Positions 53,701-64,000 of a stretch of DNA of 64,000 nt are shown one piece after another. Position numbers and translations under genes: made by a program. The stretch is from the NCBI RefSeq assembly GCF_009914755.1, contig NC_060928.1; one strand, written 5' to 3'. This DNA is from the human T2T-CHM13v2.0 reference genome, Homo sapiens. The stretch's first letter is position 1, and each line of letters starts with the position of its first letter. The notes under the pieces were generated by a model. The model had not been told where the DNA came from. It made no database searches and saw only the letters and a list, made by a program, of their open reading frames with translations.

Positions 53701-54257
53701 AGGATCTAGAACCAGAAATACAATTTGACACAGCAATCCCATTACTGGGTATATACCCAGAGGATGATAAATCATTCTATTATGAAGACATATGCACACA
53801 TATGTCTATTGCAGCACTATTTACAATAGCAAAGACATGGAACCAACCCAAATGCCCATCAATGATAGACTGGGTAAAGAAAATGTGGTATGTATACACC
53901 ATGGAATACTACACAGCCATAAAAAGGAATGAGATCACGTCCTTTGCAGGACATGGATGAAGCTGGAGGCCACCATCCTCAGCAAACTAACCCAGGAACG
54001 GAGAACCAAACCCTGCATGTTCTCACTCATAAGTGGGAGTTGAACGTTGAGAACACATGGACAGAGGGGTGAATAACACACACCAGGGCCTATTGGGGGG
54101 TAGGGGGCAAGAGGAGGAAACTTAGAGGACGGGTCAATAGGTGTAGCAAACCACCACGGCACACGTATACCTATGTAACAACCCTGCATGTTCTGCACAC
54201 ATATCCCGCTTTTTGTTGTTGTTTTTTTTTTTTTAGAAGAAATAAAGAAGAAAAAAA
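47793..54257 (+). mobile_element. Full-length L1PA8A-type LINE-1 splitting an L1MD/ME 3'-end fragment (about 47720-47783 and 54258-54430)
   Basis: GGGGAGGGGCCAAGATGGCC start; ORF1 about 49150-50150; T-rich 3' end TTTTAGAAGAAATAAAG; TSD AGAAGAGGGCAAG(G/T)AGG at 47767-47783 and 54258-54274. Confidence 0.95.
50214..54043 (+). pseudogene. Disrupted L1 ORF2 (endonuclease/reverse transcriptase)
   Basis: MAGSNSHITILTLNVNGLN EN start, [10 protein letters not shown], a 4-nt deletion removing F of FADD at about 52323, many stops and frameshifts; ends AGTGGGAGTTGA. Confidence 0.93.
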
Positions 54258-56139
54258 AGAAGAGGGCAAGTAGGTGTGGAGGAATTACAAAGGGGCTGAG
54301 GAAATATTTGGGGGTAATGGGTATATTAATTATTTTGATAGTAAGTTATGATTTATTAAATATATGTCAACTTATCAAATTACATAATTTAAATATGTGC
54401 AACGATAACTAAATGAAGCTATTTAAACATACAATTTAGTATAGACTGTGAATAGTGAAACTTAAGAGGTTTCATCTTACATTAAGTTGTCAAGCTACAA
54501 AAATCAGGTTAGACTCTGATACGTATGTGAGATTATTAGATGAAGCTGGAGAAAATGAGAATGGTGAAGGAGTTGGTATCTTATATGCAATTAACAAACT
54601 GGAAGTTAAGTGGTAACAGTGCTGTGCCTTTAAGTTTTGAATGTACTTATAACTTCTGTGGCTGAGAGTCAGGATAACTACATGGATCCCTATTTGAAAC
54701 TATTTTGTTGGTCACTGTTTAACACAATTATAATCTATGAGTTTTGTCATTAAGACAGATTGATATCTTTCAGCTATCACCTGAATGTGGCTCAAAACCA
54801 ATTTATATAAACTCATTTTAACTTGGTGATTCTGAAAACGTTATTAGATATGTGAGTTTGCAGATAACACCCAATAAATGTTAATAAGTGAAATTTAAAA
54901 TTCCAAGATAAACATTAACATGTGAATGTTACCATATCTTCAATGGGTGCAAGCTGTATCATTATCATAAAATTTGGAAACACTGTCCTTGCTATATAAT
55001 GTGATTTATTTCTTGTATATTTTTAGTACATTAAACTTCTGGATTCTAACTTTAATTTTTAAAAATTTAGGCTAATAATAATGAGGCTAAGCTTCTAAAC
55101 ATAACTGAAGCTATTTCTATATGAGGAAATGCAGAACTGAGGTGAAAATATTCTTTTGATCCAATAGATCAGCTGTGGTTATTATGTTCTACAAAGAGAT
55201 AGACATTTGAGTCACTTTGATCTTCTCACCATTTATGAGGGCCACAGCTGATTGGATTAAGAGACACATGCTCTCAAAGCTATCCTACCACCAAATATGT
55301 AGAAACAATTTAAGCCTAACTAATGAAATACTTTCAAATTCTAATACTTCACACGCACAGTGAAAAATGATCCAGTTGCAAAGAGGTACTCATTAACATT
55401 TGCATGTGAAATTGCTAATGATTTAAATAATAAGTAAAAACTAACTGGAAAACATTCCTTCATACAGGAAAAACCTTCCAAAACTATTTGTATCTTGGCC
55501 AAAATAGGCAGACATTTTTCGATACCTTTTTTTTTTTCACCAAGTACTTGAAGTGGAACTCAGTATTTCAAGTACTGAGTGGAAGCATTATATTAAAAAT
55601 TTGAAAGTTAAGTTCCCAGAGGTGGATGCCATTGCCAATTCACTTTGTTTAGCACCCAGCAGAGTAACTCTTTAGGGGAAGAAGTAAAAATGTATTTGGA
55701 TTTTAAAGACCAGCAGAATTAGATTTGAATACAACTTAACTAGGTCCAGATGATAGCTAATTGATGAGGCTCATAAAGAGCTGTAAGAAATCCTTGACCC
55801 TTCTATCCCAAAATAGCTAAGCCAGCACATAGGTACCCATTAATGAGTGACTGGTTGGTGAAGATGCTGGTGACATTGAAGAATGGGAGAAAATATAACA
55901 TCTCTAATCAATACTCAAATCTAGATTTCAGGAAATTGTGAATATATTCATAGAGTGCCAACAGCAGCAATGCTTCTATAGATAACGCTCTTTCCTAGAA
56001 CAGTTTGGGATGTGAGAAAAGGAATAGACATTTCGATAATCAAAAGCTCCATTCCATAAAACCAGCATGTGGTGCCAAGAAAAATTTGAATCCTTAATGA
56101 GCCATGCTTTTGTTGGACTCATAAATGTTAATGAAAACA

Positions 56140-56527
56140 GTGGCAGAGATGGCTTGCTGTTCATTGTCCAGTCACTCTTACAGTTTGATGTCCCTGTGTG
56201 ACTCAGTTCTAGCTAAAGCACAAATGATGAACCTAGCAGACCCGGCTAAGACCCACTGGTCTTTCTCATCCCTTCTAGGTATTTGAAATGGAAGTAACTC
56301 TCAGCATGACCTTCGGACATAAGTATTAAAAACGACCGAGACACTATTAGAAGATAGTTGAATATCTAAATTGCCATATAGAGAATAAACTTCCACTGAT
56401 CAGGAATATTCATTTTGGACATCACATGCATTTCCATTTGGTTAATGGAAATACACTTCCATTTGGTTAAGCCATTGTGATTTGTGGTTTTATTTGTTTC
56501 AGCAGCTAGCATCGCCACATTAATACA
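56140..56527 (+). mobile_element. MLT1J-type LTR
   Basis: GTGGCAGAGA start, TGTGACTCAGTTCTAGC, 3' end TTAAGCCATTGTG..TTTGTTTCAGCAGCTAGC..TAATACA. Confidence 0.65.
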
Positions 56528-56641
56528 ACTGACAAACCATTAATGGTTGCATCTCTATATCACAGATAGGAGCATATTTAGGACAATATTAAATTTATGT
56601 GTGGGGACGATAAGCAAAGAAGAAGTTATTACTTTTCAAAT

Positions 56642-57162
56642 TGTATTAGTCAGAGTTCTCCAGAGAGACAGAACCAACAGGATATGTATATATAAATATA
56701 TAATACAGGATTTATTATGGAAATTGCCTCATGCAATTACGTAGGCCAAGAATTCCCATGATATGTTCTCCAAACTAAAGAATGAGAAAAAGCAGAGGTG
56801 TAATTTGTTCTAAGGCCAAAGGCCCAAGAATGGAGAAGCGTAGAGAGGGAGGGAGAAATGTACTGCATGTGCTGGTATAAGCCCTGGAACCTGAAGGCCC
56901 AAGATCCAGGGACTCTTATGTCCCAGTACAGCAGAAGGTGAGAGCTCTAGGACAAGAGAGAGTTAATTTGCTCTTTCTCTTCCTTTTTACTCTGTTTGGA
57001 TGATACCTGCTTACATTGGTGAGAAGGGATCTTCTTACCCTAACAATTCAAATGCTGATCTCTTTTGGAAACATCCTCACAGACATACATAAAATAATGT
57101 TCTATCAACTATTCGGGTATCCCTTAACCCCATCAAACTGACACATAAAATTAACCACTGCA
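56642..57162 (-). mobile_element. MLT2B-type (ERVL) solo LTR
   Basis: TGTATTAGTCAGAGTTCTCCAGAGAGACAGAACCAACAGG...TGACACATAAAATTAACCACTGCA; TSD CAAAT/CATAT. Confidence 0.9.
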
Positions 57163-57396
57163 CATATTAAACATATTAGGTTTTTATTGCATCAGTTACT
57201 GGGGCCCAGATTTCTTGATACTGTTTCCTCATAAAATAGATTGAAAACAATCTCTGCATTTTGAAAACTATAATTGAAGCATATCTTTCTCGTGGCACTT
57301 TTCACCATTTTCTACACTATAGATATTTGGATACATATTTTATATTATTTCTCCTTCTAGATATTTTACTCTTAAAGCCTGGGATTATGTGTGATA

Positions 57397-57621
57397 ATTT
57401 TTTTTTTTTTATCATGGCTCACCACAACCTCTGCCTCCTGAGTTCAAGTGATTCTCCTGCCTCAGCCTCCCGAGTAGCTGGGATTACAGGCATGTGCCAT
57501 CACACCTGGCTAATTTTTTGTATTTTTAGTAGAGACAGGGTTTCTCCATGTTGGTCAGACTGGTCTCCAACTCTCGACCTCAGGTGATCCGCCCACCTCG
57601 GCCTTCCAAATTGCTGAGATT
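57397..57621 (-). mobile_element. AluSp-like, missing both termini
   Basis: TTTCTCCATGTTGGTCAG and CGACCTCAGGTGATCCGCCC diagnostics; the poly-T joins directly to ATCATGGCTCACC. Confidence 0.88.
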
Positions 57622-58677
57622 GCTTTGTTGAACATTTTAGCTCAATAACTGTTATTAAATGAATGTTGAAGTGTAAACCAATATTTAATTCTATTAAAAA
57701 GGTTAGAGAGCATCTAAATGTGTATGTAAATTATTTAACATTTTCCTTGTTTGTGGTTAATATGTAATTTAAGACTTTGGGTCAGTGCAGGTTAAAAATT
57801 AGGAAATCTGTGTTTTTAATATTTTGGCAATATATCCTTATCCATGGGGTAAATAGAATGGATGCTATTTGTAGTAAGTATGGATTTTTTTTCTAGTTAG
57901 GTGAAATTTGACATATTCCTGCAAAAAATTACGGAGCTTGTAAGTTTTCCACTTTTTTGAAAAAAATATATATCGAGCTTTCATTTGTTTATTTTTTTGT
58001 GATGCATATGAGTCTCATATGCAGAATGAGAAGAATAAAAATCTTGTGTACTTGTTGAGCTCATGCAAATGTAAATATATATGTATATATGATTTAGCAG
58101 TTAGAAACAAATTATTCATTTAGTTCTCACAGTAAGTTACATCATCATAAAATGCAATTCATAGTTTTATATTTGTAGTTATTTGTTTATGTACTTCTTT
58201 TATTAGTGGTTCTGAAATTTTGTATTCTTATATCTTAAAAGAAACATTTTTATTTACTTTTATTTAAAAAAACCCTCACTTTTGCCAAATGCACCATTTA
58301 ATTCAGGGATAAGAATGTAATCAAAGCATTAACTGCTTATATTTATCTAACTGACTTTATTTTACAGTTATTTTTAAAACTCTGTACCTCCTGTTCAATT
58401 CTTCCATGAACCTAATAAAATTAAGTTTATTAAAAAATTTTAAAATCAACACAAAATATTTCTAACAAAAATTAAGATGATCAAGATATTTAATAGTAAA
58501 TATTTAGATGTTTGTGCTAGTCATACAATGCTTTACAACATGCATCAGCAATTTTATGCAAAATACATAATTTAAAAATCAATCTTTATAAAATATTCTA
58601 TATTTATGTTTTTGTTTGACAGGAAAGGTTAAGAAATACTACTGTAATTTTGAAAAACACTATATTTTTCCTTTTTA

Positions 58678-58678
<1 letters not shown>

Positions 58679-58719
<41 letters not shown>
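58679..58719 (+). repeat. (TG)n microsatellite, about 20 units
   Basis: Read directly. Confidence 0.98.
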
Positions 58720-58720
<1 letters not shown>

Positions 58721-58722
<2 letters not shown>

Positions 58723-59150
58723 GTTGGTCCTGGAACAACATGTTTGAACTGCTCAGGTCCACTAATACATGAATTTTCTTTTGCCTCTGTCACCCCTAAG
58801 ACAGCAAGGCCAACCCTTCCTCTTTCTTTTCCTACTCAGCCTACTCAATGTGAAGATCATGAGAATAAAGACCTTTATGATGATCTACTTCCATTTAATG
58901 GTCAATATATTTCCTTCTTCTTATGATTTTGTTAATAACATTCTTTTCTCTTGCTTGTTTTATTGTAAGAATACAGTTTATAATACATATAACATACAAA
59001 ATATGTGTTAATTAAATGTTTATGTTATTGATAAGGCTTTCTGCCAACAGTAGGCTATAAGTAATTAAGTTTTGGGGAGTAAAGAGTCCTAAGTGGATTT
59101 TCAACTGCTTTGAAAGTCAGTGGTCTAACCTCTGCAGTAAGGATCAACTC
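58721..59150. mobile_element. Tigger2a (MER28) DNA transposon
   Basis: TAGTTGGTCCTGGAACAAC..CTCAGCCTACTCAATGTGAAGA..AAGACCTTTATGATGATC..AAGGATCAACT termini. Confidence 0.88.
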
Positions 59151-59319
59151 TCTCTCTCTATATATATATAGTATCTGAATTATGTATATTCATATTTTTG
59201 TCTGTTTTATTAGACATATCATCATCATCATTATATATCATCATCATCATTATATATTAGACATTGTGAGGAGTATGAAAAGCTTAAATTTTGGTCCTTT
59301 TTCTTTAAGAATATATAAT

Positions 59320-59497
59320 ATGCTAAAAGTGTAGATTTTGAATGGTCTCACCACAAAAATAGAAAAAGTATGTGGGGTGAAGGATAGGTCAGTTAGCCTG
59401 ACTTAATTATTCTGCAATACGTACAAGTATGATAACATCACATTGTATCCCATAAGTATATACAATTATTATTTGTCAATTATAAAAGTAAAAGAAG
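59320..59497 (+). mobile_element. L1MA (MA6-9-type) 3'-end fragment
   Basis: TGCTAAAAGTGTAGATTTT..TCTCACCACAAAAA..AACATCACATTGTA..TATACAATTATTATTTGTCAATTA. Confidence 0.8.
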
Positions 59498-59719
59498 TAA
59501 AAACAATACACAATCTGGCCAGGAATATATGGCCCTTTCATGTTAATGAGATAACTTCAATGCTGGATGCTAAACTGAGTGCCAACTAAGTTGTGAATAG
59601 AATTTAAACGAAGTCTTAAAGAATGGTCAAAATGTAAAAAGGCAGAAATGAGAAGCGAGGGTCTTTCAAGCAAAGAAATCTGGTTGAGAATCATGTGGAG
59701 ATAAAATAGATTAAAGGCA

Positions 59720-59890
59720 TAGCTCTGGACTCATTAGGATCATCTGAGGAGCTTTAAAAATCTGGTGTCAAGGCCACACTCTAGAGTTATCAAGTAAGAC
59801 TCTCTATGGGTGGGATCAGGAATCTGTACAGTATTTCTAAAGCTTCCCAGGTGATTGATTCCAAAGGACAATAAAGGTTGAGAACTGCTG
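59720..59890. mobile_element. MER5-type element
   Basis: CATTAGGATCATCTGAGGAGCTTTAAAAA..CAGGAATCTG..AAGCTTCCCAGGTGATT..GGTTGAGAACTGCTG. Confidence 0.75.
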
Positions 59891-60585
59891 GAGTGAAGCA
59901 TGTTGTAGGAGCTATCAGATCTGCTTGGGTACAACTGCAGTAGAGAAAAGAAGAGAGAGGAAGCAATTTGAACAGAAACAAAAATGCTAGGCCATTGTGT
60001 GAAATCTTATAAATTTTAGTTATTGAGAATGGAATACAACTAGAAAGAAGAATGAATTACTTTCCTCAGTTGATGGTGACTAGAACTGTGTGGCAATTAA
60101 TTGTCAAAAGAATGCTGGCTATATTGTGGAGATGATGATGACTTCAGTTTAAATGTATTTATTTTAAGCTAACAGTGAGGCATTCTGTTAAGTATATCTA
60201 TTGTCTTTTTGTCTACAAATTTTTAGATGATTTCTTCTTGCAAAATTACTATAAACACTATTGTTTCTTCTGTTTATCAAAAGCATCAAAAAGTTTCACA
60301 ATGTTTTTAAGATTCTTTATAGATTCAGAATAAAGCCTCAATTCACTAAGCCTGTTCCTTTTGTTCTAACGTAGAATTAGCTCAAAGATCACAAAGCTAA
60401 AAATTAGCTGTAGCATGGTAGCTGCTTGTGAAATCATGGAAATACAATTTAAGTGCCAAGCAAAGCAGCTACCTAGAAACACACATTGCTGACCTTCAGC
60501 TGGAAACAAACTTGGATGCCAAAATTTTCCCATTAATGCAAGGAATGGTTTCTATTCAAAGTTAAGCTACTAAAATGTTCCGATA

Positions 60586-61169
60586 TAGTCATGCATCACT
60601 TAATGATGGTGTGATGTTTTGAAAAAAGTGTCCTTAAATGATTTCACCATTGTGCAAAATCATAGAGAGTACTTTGATAAACCTAAATGGTATAGCCTAC
60701 TATGCACCTAGGCTATGTGGCATAGCCTATTGTTCCTAGGCTATAAACCTGTGCAGCATGTTACTATACTGAATACTATAGGTAATAGTAACACAATGGT
60801 AAATATTGTATACCTAAACATGTCTAAGCATATGAAAGGTACAGGAAACATACAATATAAAAGATAGATAAATATATGGTACATCTGTGTAGCACACGTA
60901 CCATAAATGAAGTTGACCAGGACTACAAGCTGCTCTGGGTGTCAGTGAGTAAATGTGAAGGCCTAGGACATTACTGTACACTACTGTAGACTTTATAAAC
61001 CCTGTATACTTAAGCTACACTAAATTTTAAAAAAATTGTGCTATGACATTAAAACAGCTACATTGTCACTGGATGATAGAAATTTTTTAGCTCTATTATA
61101 ATCTTATGGAACCACTGTCATATCTGCAGTACAGCATTGACCTAAATATCACTATGCAGCACATGACTG
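60586..61169. mobile_element. Tigger3 (MER7-type) non-autonomous element
   Basis: Terminal inverted repeats TAGTCATGCATCACTTAATGA / TCACTATGCAGCACATGACTG; internal GTATAGCCTACTATGCACCTAGGCTAT. Confidence 0.9.
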
Positions 61170-61720
61170 TTTATTTCATAATAATAATAAAAACTTGTAT
61201 TGAAATGAATTTATATTCAAATTTCCCTCAAACAGTAAATATAAGCCATTTAAAATAAAAATATAGTATACATTAAAAATCTAAATTTCCTTAGCCTTAT
61301 TGGTTCTTATTTATAACACCCAACATTCCTAATTTTATACTATCTCATGAATGTCTTTCTTCTATTCATATGTTGGGGGCACAATTACTTAAAGGAGTTA
61401 TGATCAAATCAGTTTTGAACTTTTATGAATTTCCTAAAGTTTGGTTCTTTATATACTCTTTTCTCAAACTTGTAAAAAATACTGTGATTATTATTTTATT
61501 ATTCCAGTTAGAAATGGTGTTCCCCTTCAGCTGAGCTACATATTTCTGAAAAATATCTACTGAGTATTTTATCACTTGCATAAAGCTCTGGCTAGAGTCA
61601 GAATATGCTAGCTTACTCAAAGTACATAGAGTAGCTAAGGAACCACATACAGAGTTTTATCTAATATAAAATATGAGTTGTTTTTAATTGATAAAAATAA
61701 ATGCAAAGATTTCCAGTTTC

Positions 61721-61970
61721 ACATCGTATGTTCTTACGCACAAGTGGGAGCTAAGCAATGAGGATACAAAGGCATAAGAATGATATAATGGACTTTGGGG
61801 ACTTGGGAGAAAGGGTGAGAGGGGTTGAAGGATAAAAGATTACATAGTGGGTACAGTGTACACTGCTTGGATGATGGGTGGACCAGAATCTCAGAAATCA
61901 CCACTAAGGAACTTATTCATGTAACCAAACACCACCTATTCTCCAAAAACCTATTGAAATAATAAAAAAA
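61721..61970 (+). mobile_element. Short L1PB-type 3'-end insertion
   Basis: AAGTGGGAGCTAAGC..AAAGGCATAAGAATGATATAATGGACTTTGGGGAC..GAACTTATTCATGTAACCAAACACCACC..A-tail. Confidence 0.88.
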
Positions 61971-64000
61971 TTCTGTCTGTCGTATAAGGAGCTTGGAGGT
62001 CATCATTCCGTTCTATCTCCAAGTGAAACGCTGAACAAACTGAATAATCAACAACTCTTCTTAGATCCACAAGAAAAATGAGGTGATAGGGCAAACCACT
62101 GTGCCCCAAACTGGCGAGACAGACAAGCTAGACACAGGGAATTACAACTTAAGCAGAACAAAAGCCCAGAAGGAGAAACCTCTGAGGAAACCAGTGTCAG
62201 GGTAGGAAAACCTGAGCTGTAATTGACAAATTGATAGAGGTTCAGTGTGGGCAATTCTGAGAGTTAAAAACTCCAAGAAAACTCAGTGATGATGGTGTGG
62301 GGCAGGTAGTGCACCCTTCTTTTGTGAGTTCGGCTCCAGGACCTCTACCAGGTCCTCACATCTAAAATCAGAGAAAAATTCCCCTGGATTTCCAGCAGGG
62401 GAGGGGAGAAGTAGCTATTTTGAAATATGCCAGAGTATTCTGTTCTTCATAAGGCTTGTCTTCAAGAGAAACTATTTTTACTAGAGCCCAACATATTAGG
62501 GTTTTATCAGAGCCCAATAGATCCTGGGGAAAGGGGATACTCAACTCCAGCCTACTCTAGTCTTCTACATGGGGGAAGGAAAATACTCAACTCCAGCACC
62601 TTTTAGCTTTCCATGTAGGAGAAGTTAAATACCCAACTCCCGTAAGACAGGATGGCCACCCCCAGCCCCAGCCATCCTGTCTCATCTAAAAAGGAGAAAA
62701 CATTGAGGAACACTTTTGAAGTTCATCATCTAGGAGCACACACTCTCAGAGAGTGTCACCTAATTGTAAGACTTTAGAATGCTTCCCCTCCCTCCACACC
62801 TTACTACCACATCACTAGAGGCCTATGTATAGCTATCAAGAAAAAATTACAAGACCTACTGAAAGGCAAAAAAGACAATTTGGAGAAATAGAAAGTATCA
62901 GAACCAGAGAGTCACGTGGCTGGAATGTTGAAATTATCAGACCAGGAATTGAAAACAACTATGTTTAATATGATAATTGCTCTAATGGAAAAAATAGGCA
63001 ATATACAAGAACAGATTGATAATATAAGCAGAGAGATGGACATTCTTAAAAAGAATTTTAAAAATGCTGGAGATAAAAATATTGTAACAAAACTGAAGAA
63101 TGTCTTTGATGGAATCATTGTTAGACTGGACACAGCTAACTAAAGAATTGCTGAGCTTGAGGATAAGTCAATAGAAACTCCCCAAACTGAAGAGCAAAGA
63201 AAAAAAAAAGACTGGAAAAAAAGAAACAATATTCAAGAACTATAAGACAGTAATAAAAGGTATACATACTCATAATGATAATACCAGGAGAAGAAAGAGA
63301 GAAACATAAGAAATATTTAAAGTAATAACAACTGAGAATTTCCCCAAATTAATGTCACACACCAAACCACACATCCAGGACACCAACTAAGATAAATGCC
63401 AGAAAAAAAAAACTACCTGTAGGCATATTATATTCAAGCTGCAGAAAATAAAAGATAAAAATATCTCCAAAGAAGCAGGAGAAAAAAAATTACCTGTAGA
63501 GAAGTTAAGATAAAAAGTATACACTTCTCTTCATGCAAGCAAGAGGAAAGTAAAGTGAAATATTTAAAGTATTGAGAAAAGCCCCGCCAACCTAGAATTC
63601 TGTACCCTCTAAAATTATCCTTCAAAAGTTAAGAAGAAATAAAGACTTTCTCAGACAAAAAAAAAAAAAATTGAGGAACTTTGTGGTCGGTAAACCTTCT
63701 TTAAAAGAAATGTTTAAAGAACTTTAGAGATAAAGAAAATGATATAGGCTGAAAACTCAGGTCTAGATAAAGAAAGGAAGAACATCAGAGGATGAATAAG
63801 TAAAAGTAAAATAAAAACTTTAATTTTTCTTATTCTTAATTGATTTAACAGATAATATATATATGATATATACGTTTGTATATGAGAGAAATAAATGACA
63901 GCAATAGTGCAAAGGATAGCAGAGAAGAATTAGAAATATTTTGTTAGTATAAGGTATTTGTACTCCCCATCAAGTGGTATAGTGTTATTTGAAAGAAGAC
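61971..64000 (+). mobile_element. L1MC/L1MD-type 5' UTR and decayed ORF1, continuing past the window edge
   Basis: TAAGGAGCTTGGAGGTC..CTGAACAAACTGAATATCAACAACTCTTCTTAGATCC 5' end; three about 45-bp AATACTCAACTCCAG units at 62527-62640; ORF 62916..63143 MAGMLKLSDQELKTTMFNM is ORF1-like. Confidence 0.85.

Noticed and set aside
47793-54257. Full-length L1 as retrotransposition-competent
   Set aside because: Both ORFs carry many stops and frameshifts, including one at the RT catalytic motif.
62527-62640. About 45-bp repeated units as a CRISPR-like array
   Set aside because: Degenerate tandem units inside an L1 5' UTR in primate DNA; no unique spacers and no cas genes.
62642-62654. 13-bp identity GTAAGACAGGATG with 8732-8744
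   Set aside because: The 62.6-kb copy is explained by a local inverted duplication, and one 13-mer match in 64 kb is expected by chance.

Overview
Primate (hominoid-type, probably human or great ape) AT-rich, CpG-poor, repeat-dense DNA with no recognisable protein-coding gene. The longer ORFs in the track are mostly decayed L1 or THE1-int fragments, and the rest look like chance ORFs. Well over half of the window is transposon-derived: a full-length L1MA2/3-type element (21.5-31.7 kb) carrying an AluY and a complete THE1A provirus, a young L1PA2/L1HS-like 5'-inverted (twin-primed) insertion, L1PA16, a full-length L1PA8A, an L1MC/MD-type 5' end, several Alus, MaLR/ERVL LTRs, MIR/L2/L3 remnants and MER58, MER5 and Tigger DNA transposons. 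Repeat subfamily names are from memory of consensus sequences and need RepeatMasker/Dfam confirmation. The most notable unexplained structures are: (1) a near-perfect 52-bp-arm foldback hairpin at 39661-39782, apparently built inside a MIR; (2) a recurring set of small, locally templated inverted duplications; (3) a chain of candidate minus-strand exons, consistent with the + strand bias of the L1s; (4) a + strand CAG|GTAAGA recursive-splice-like site; (5) a perfect 24-bp direct repeat 950 bp apart. The splice-based calls rest on motifs alone and are unverified.
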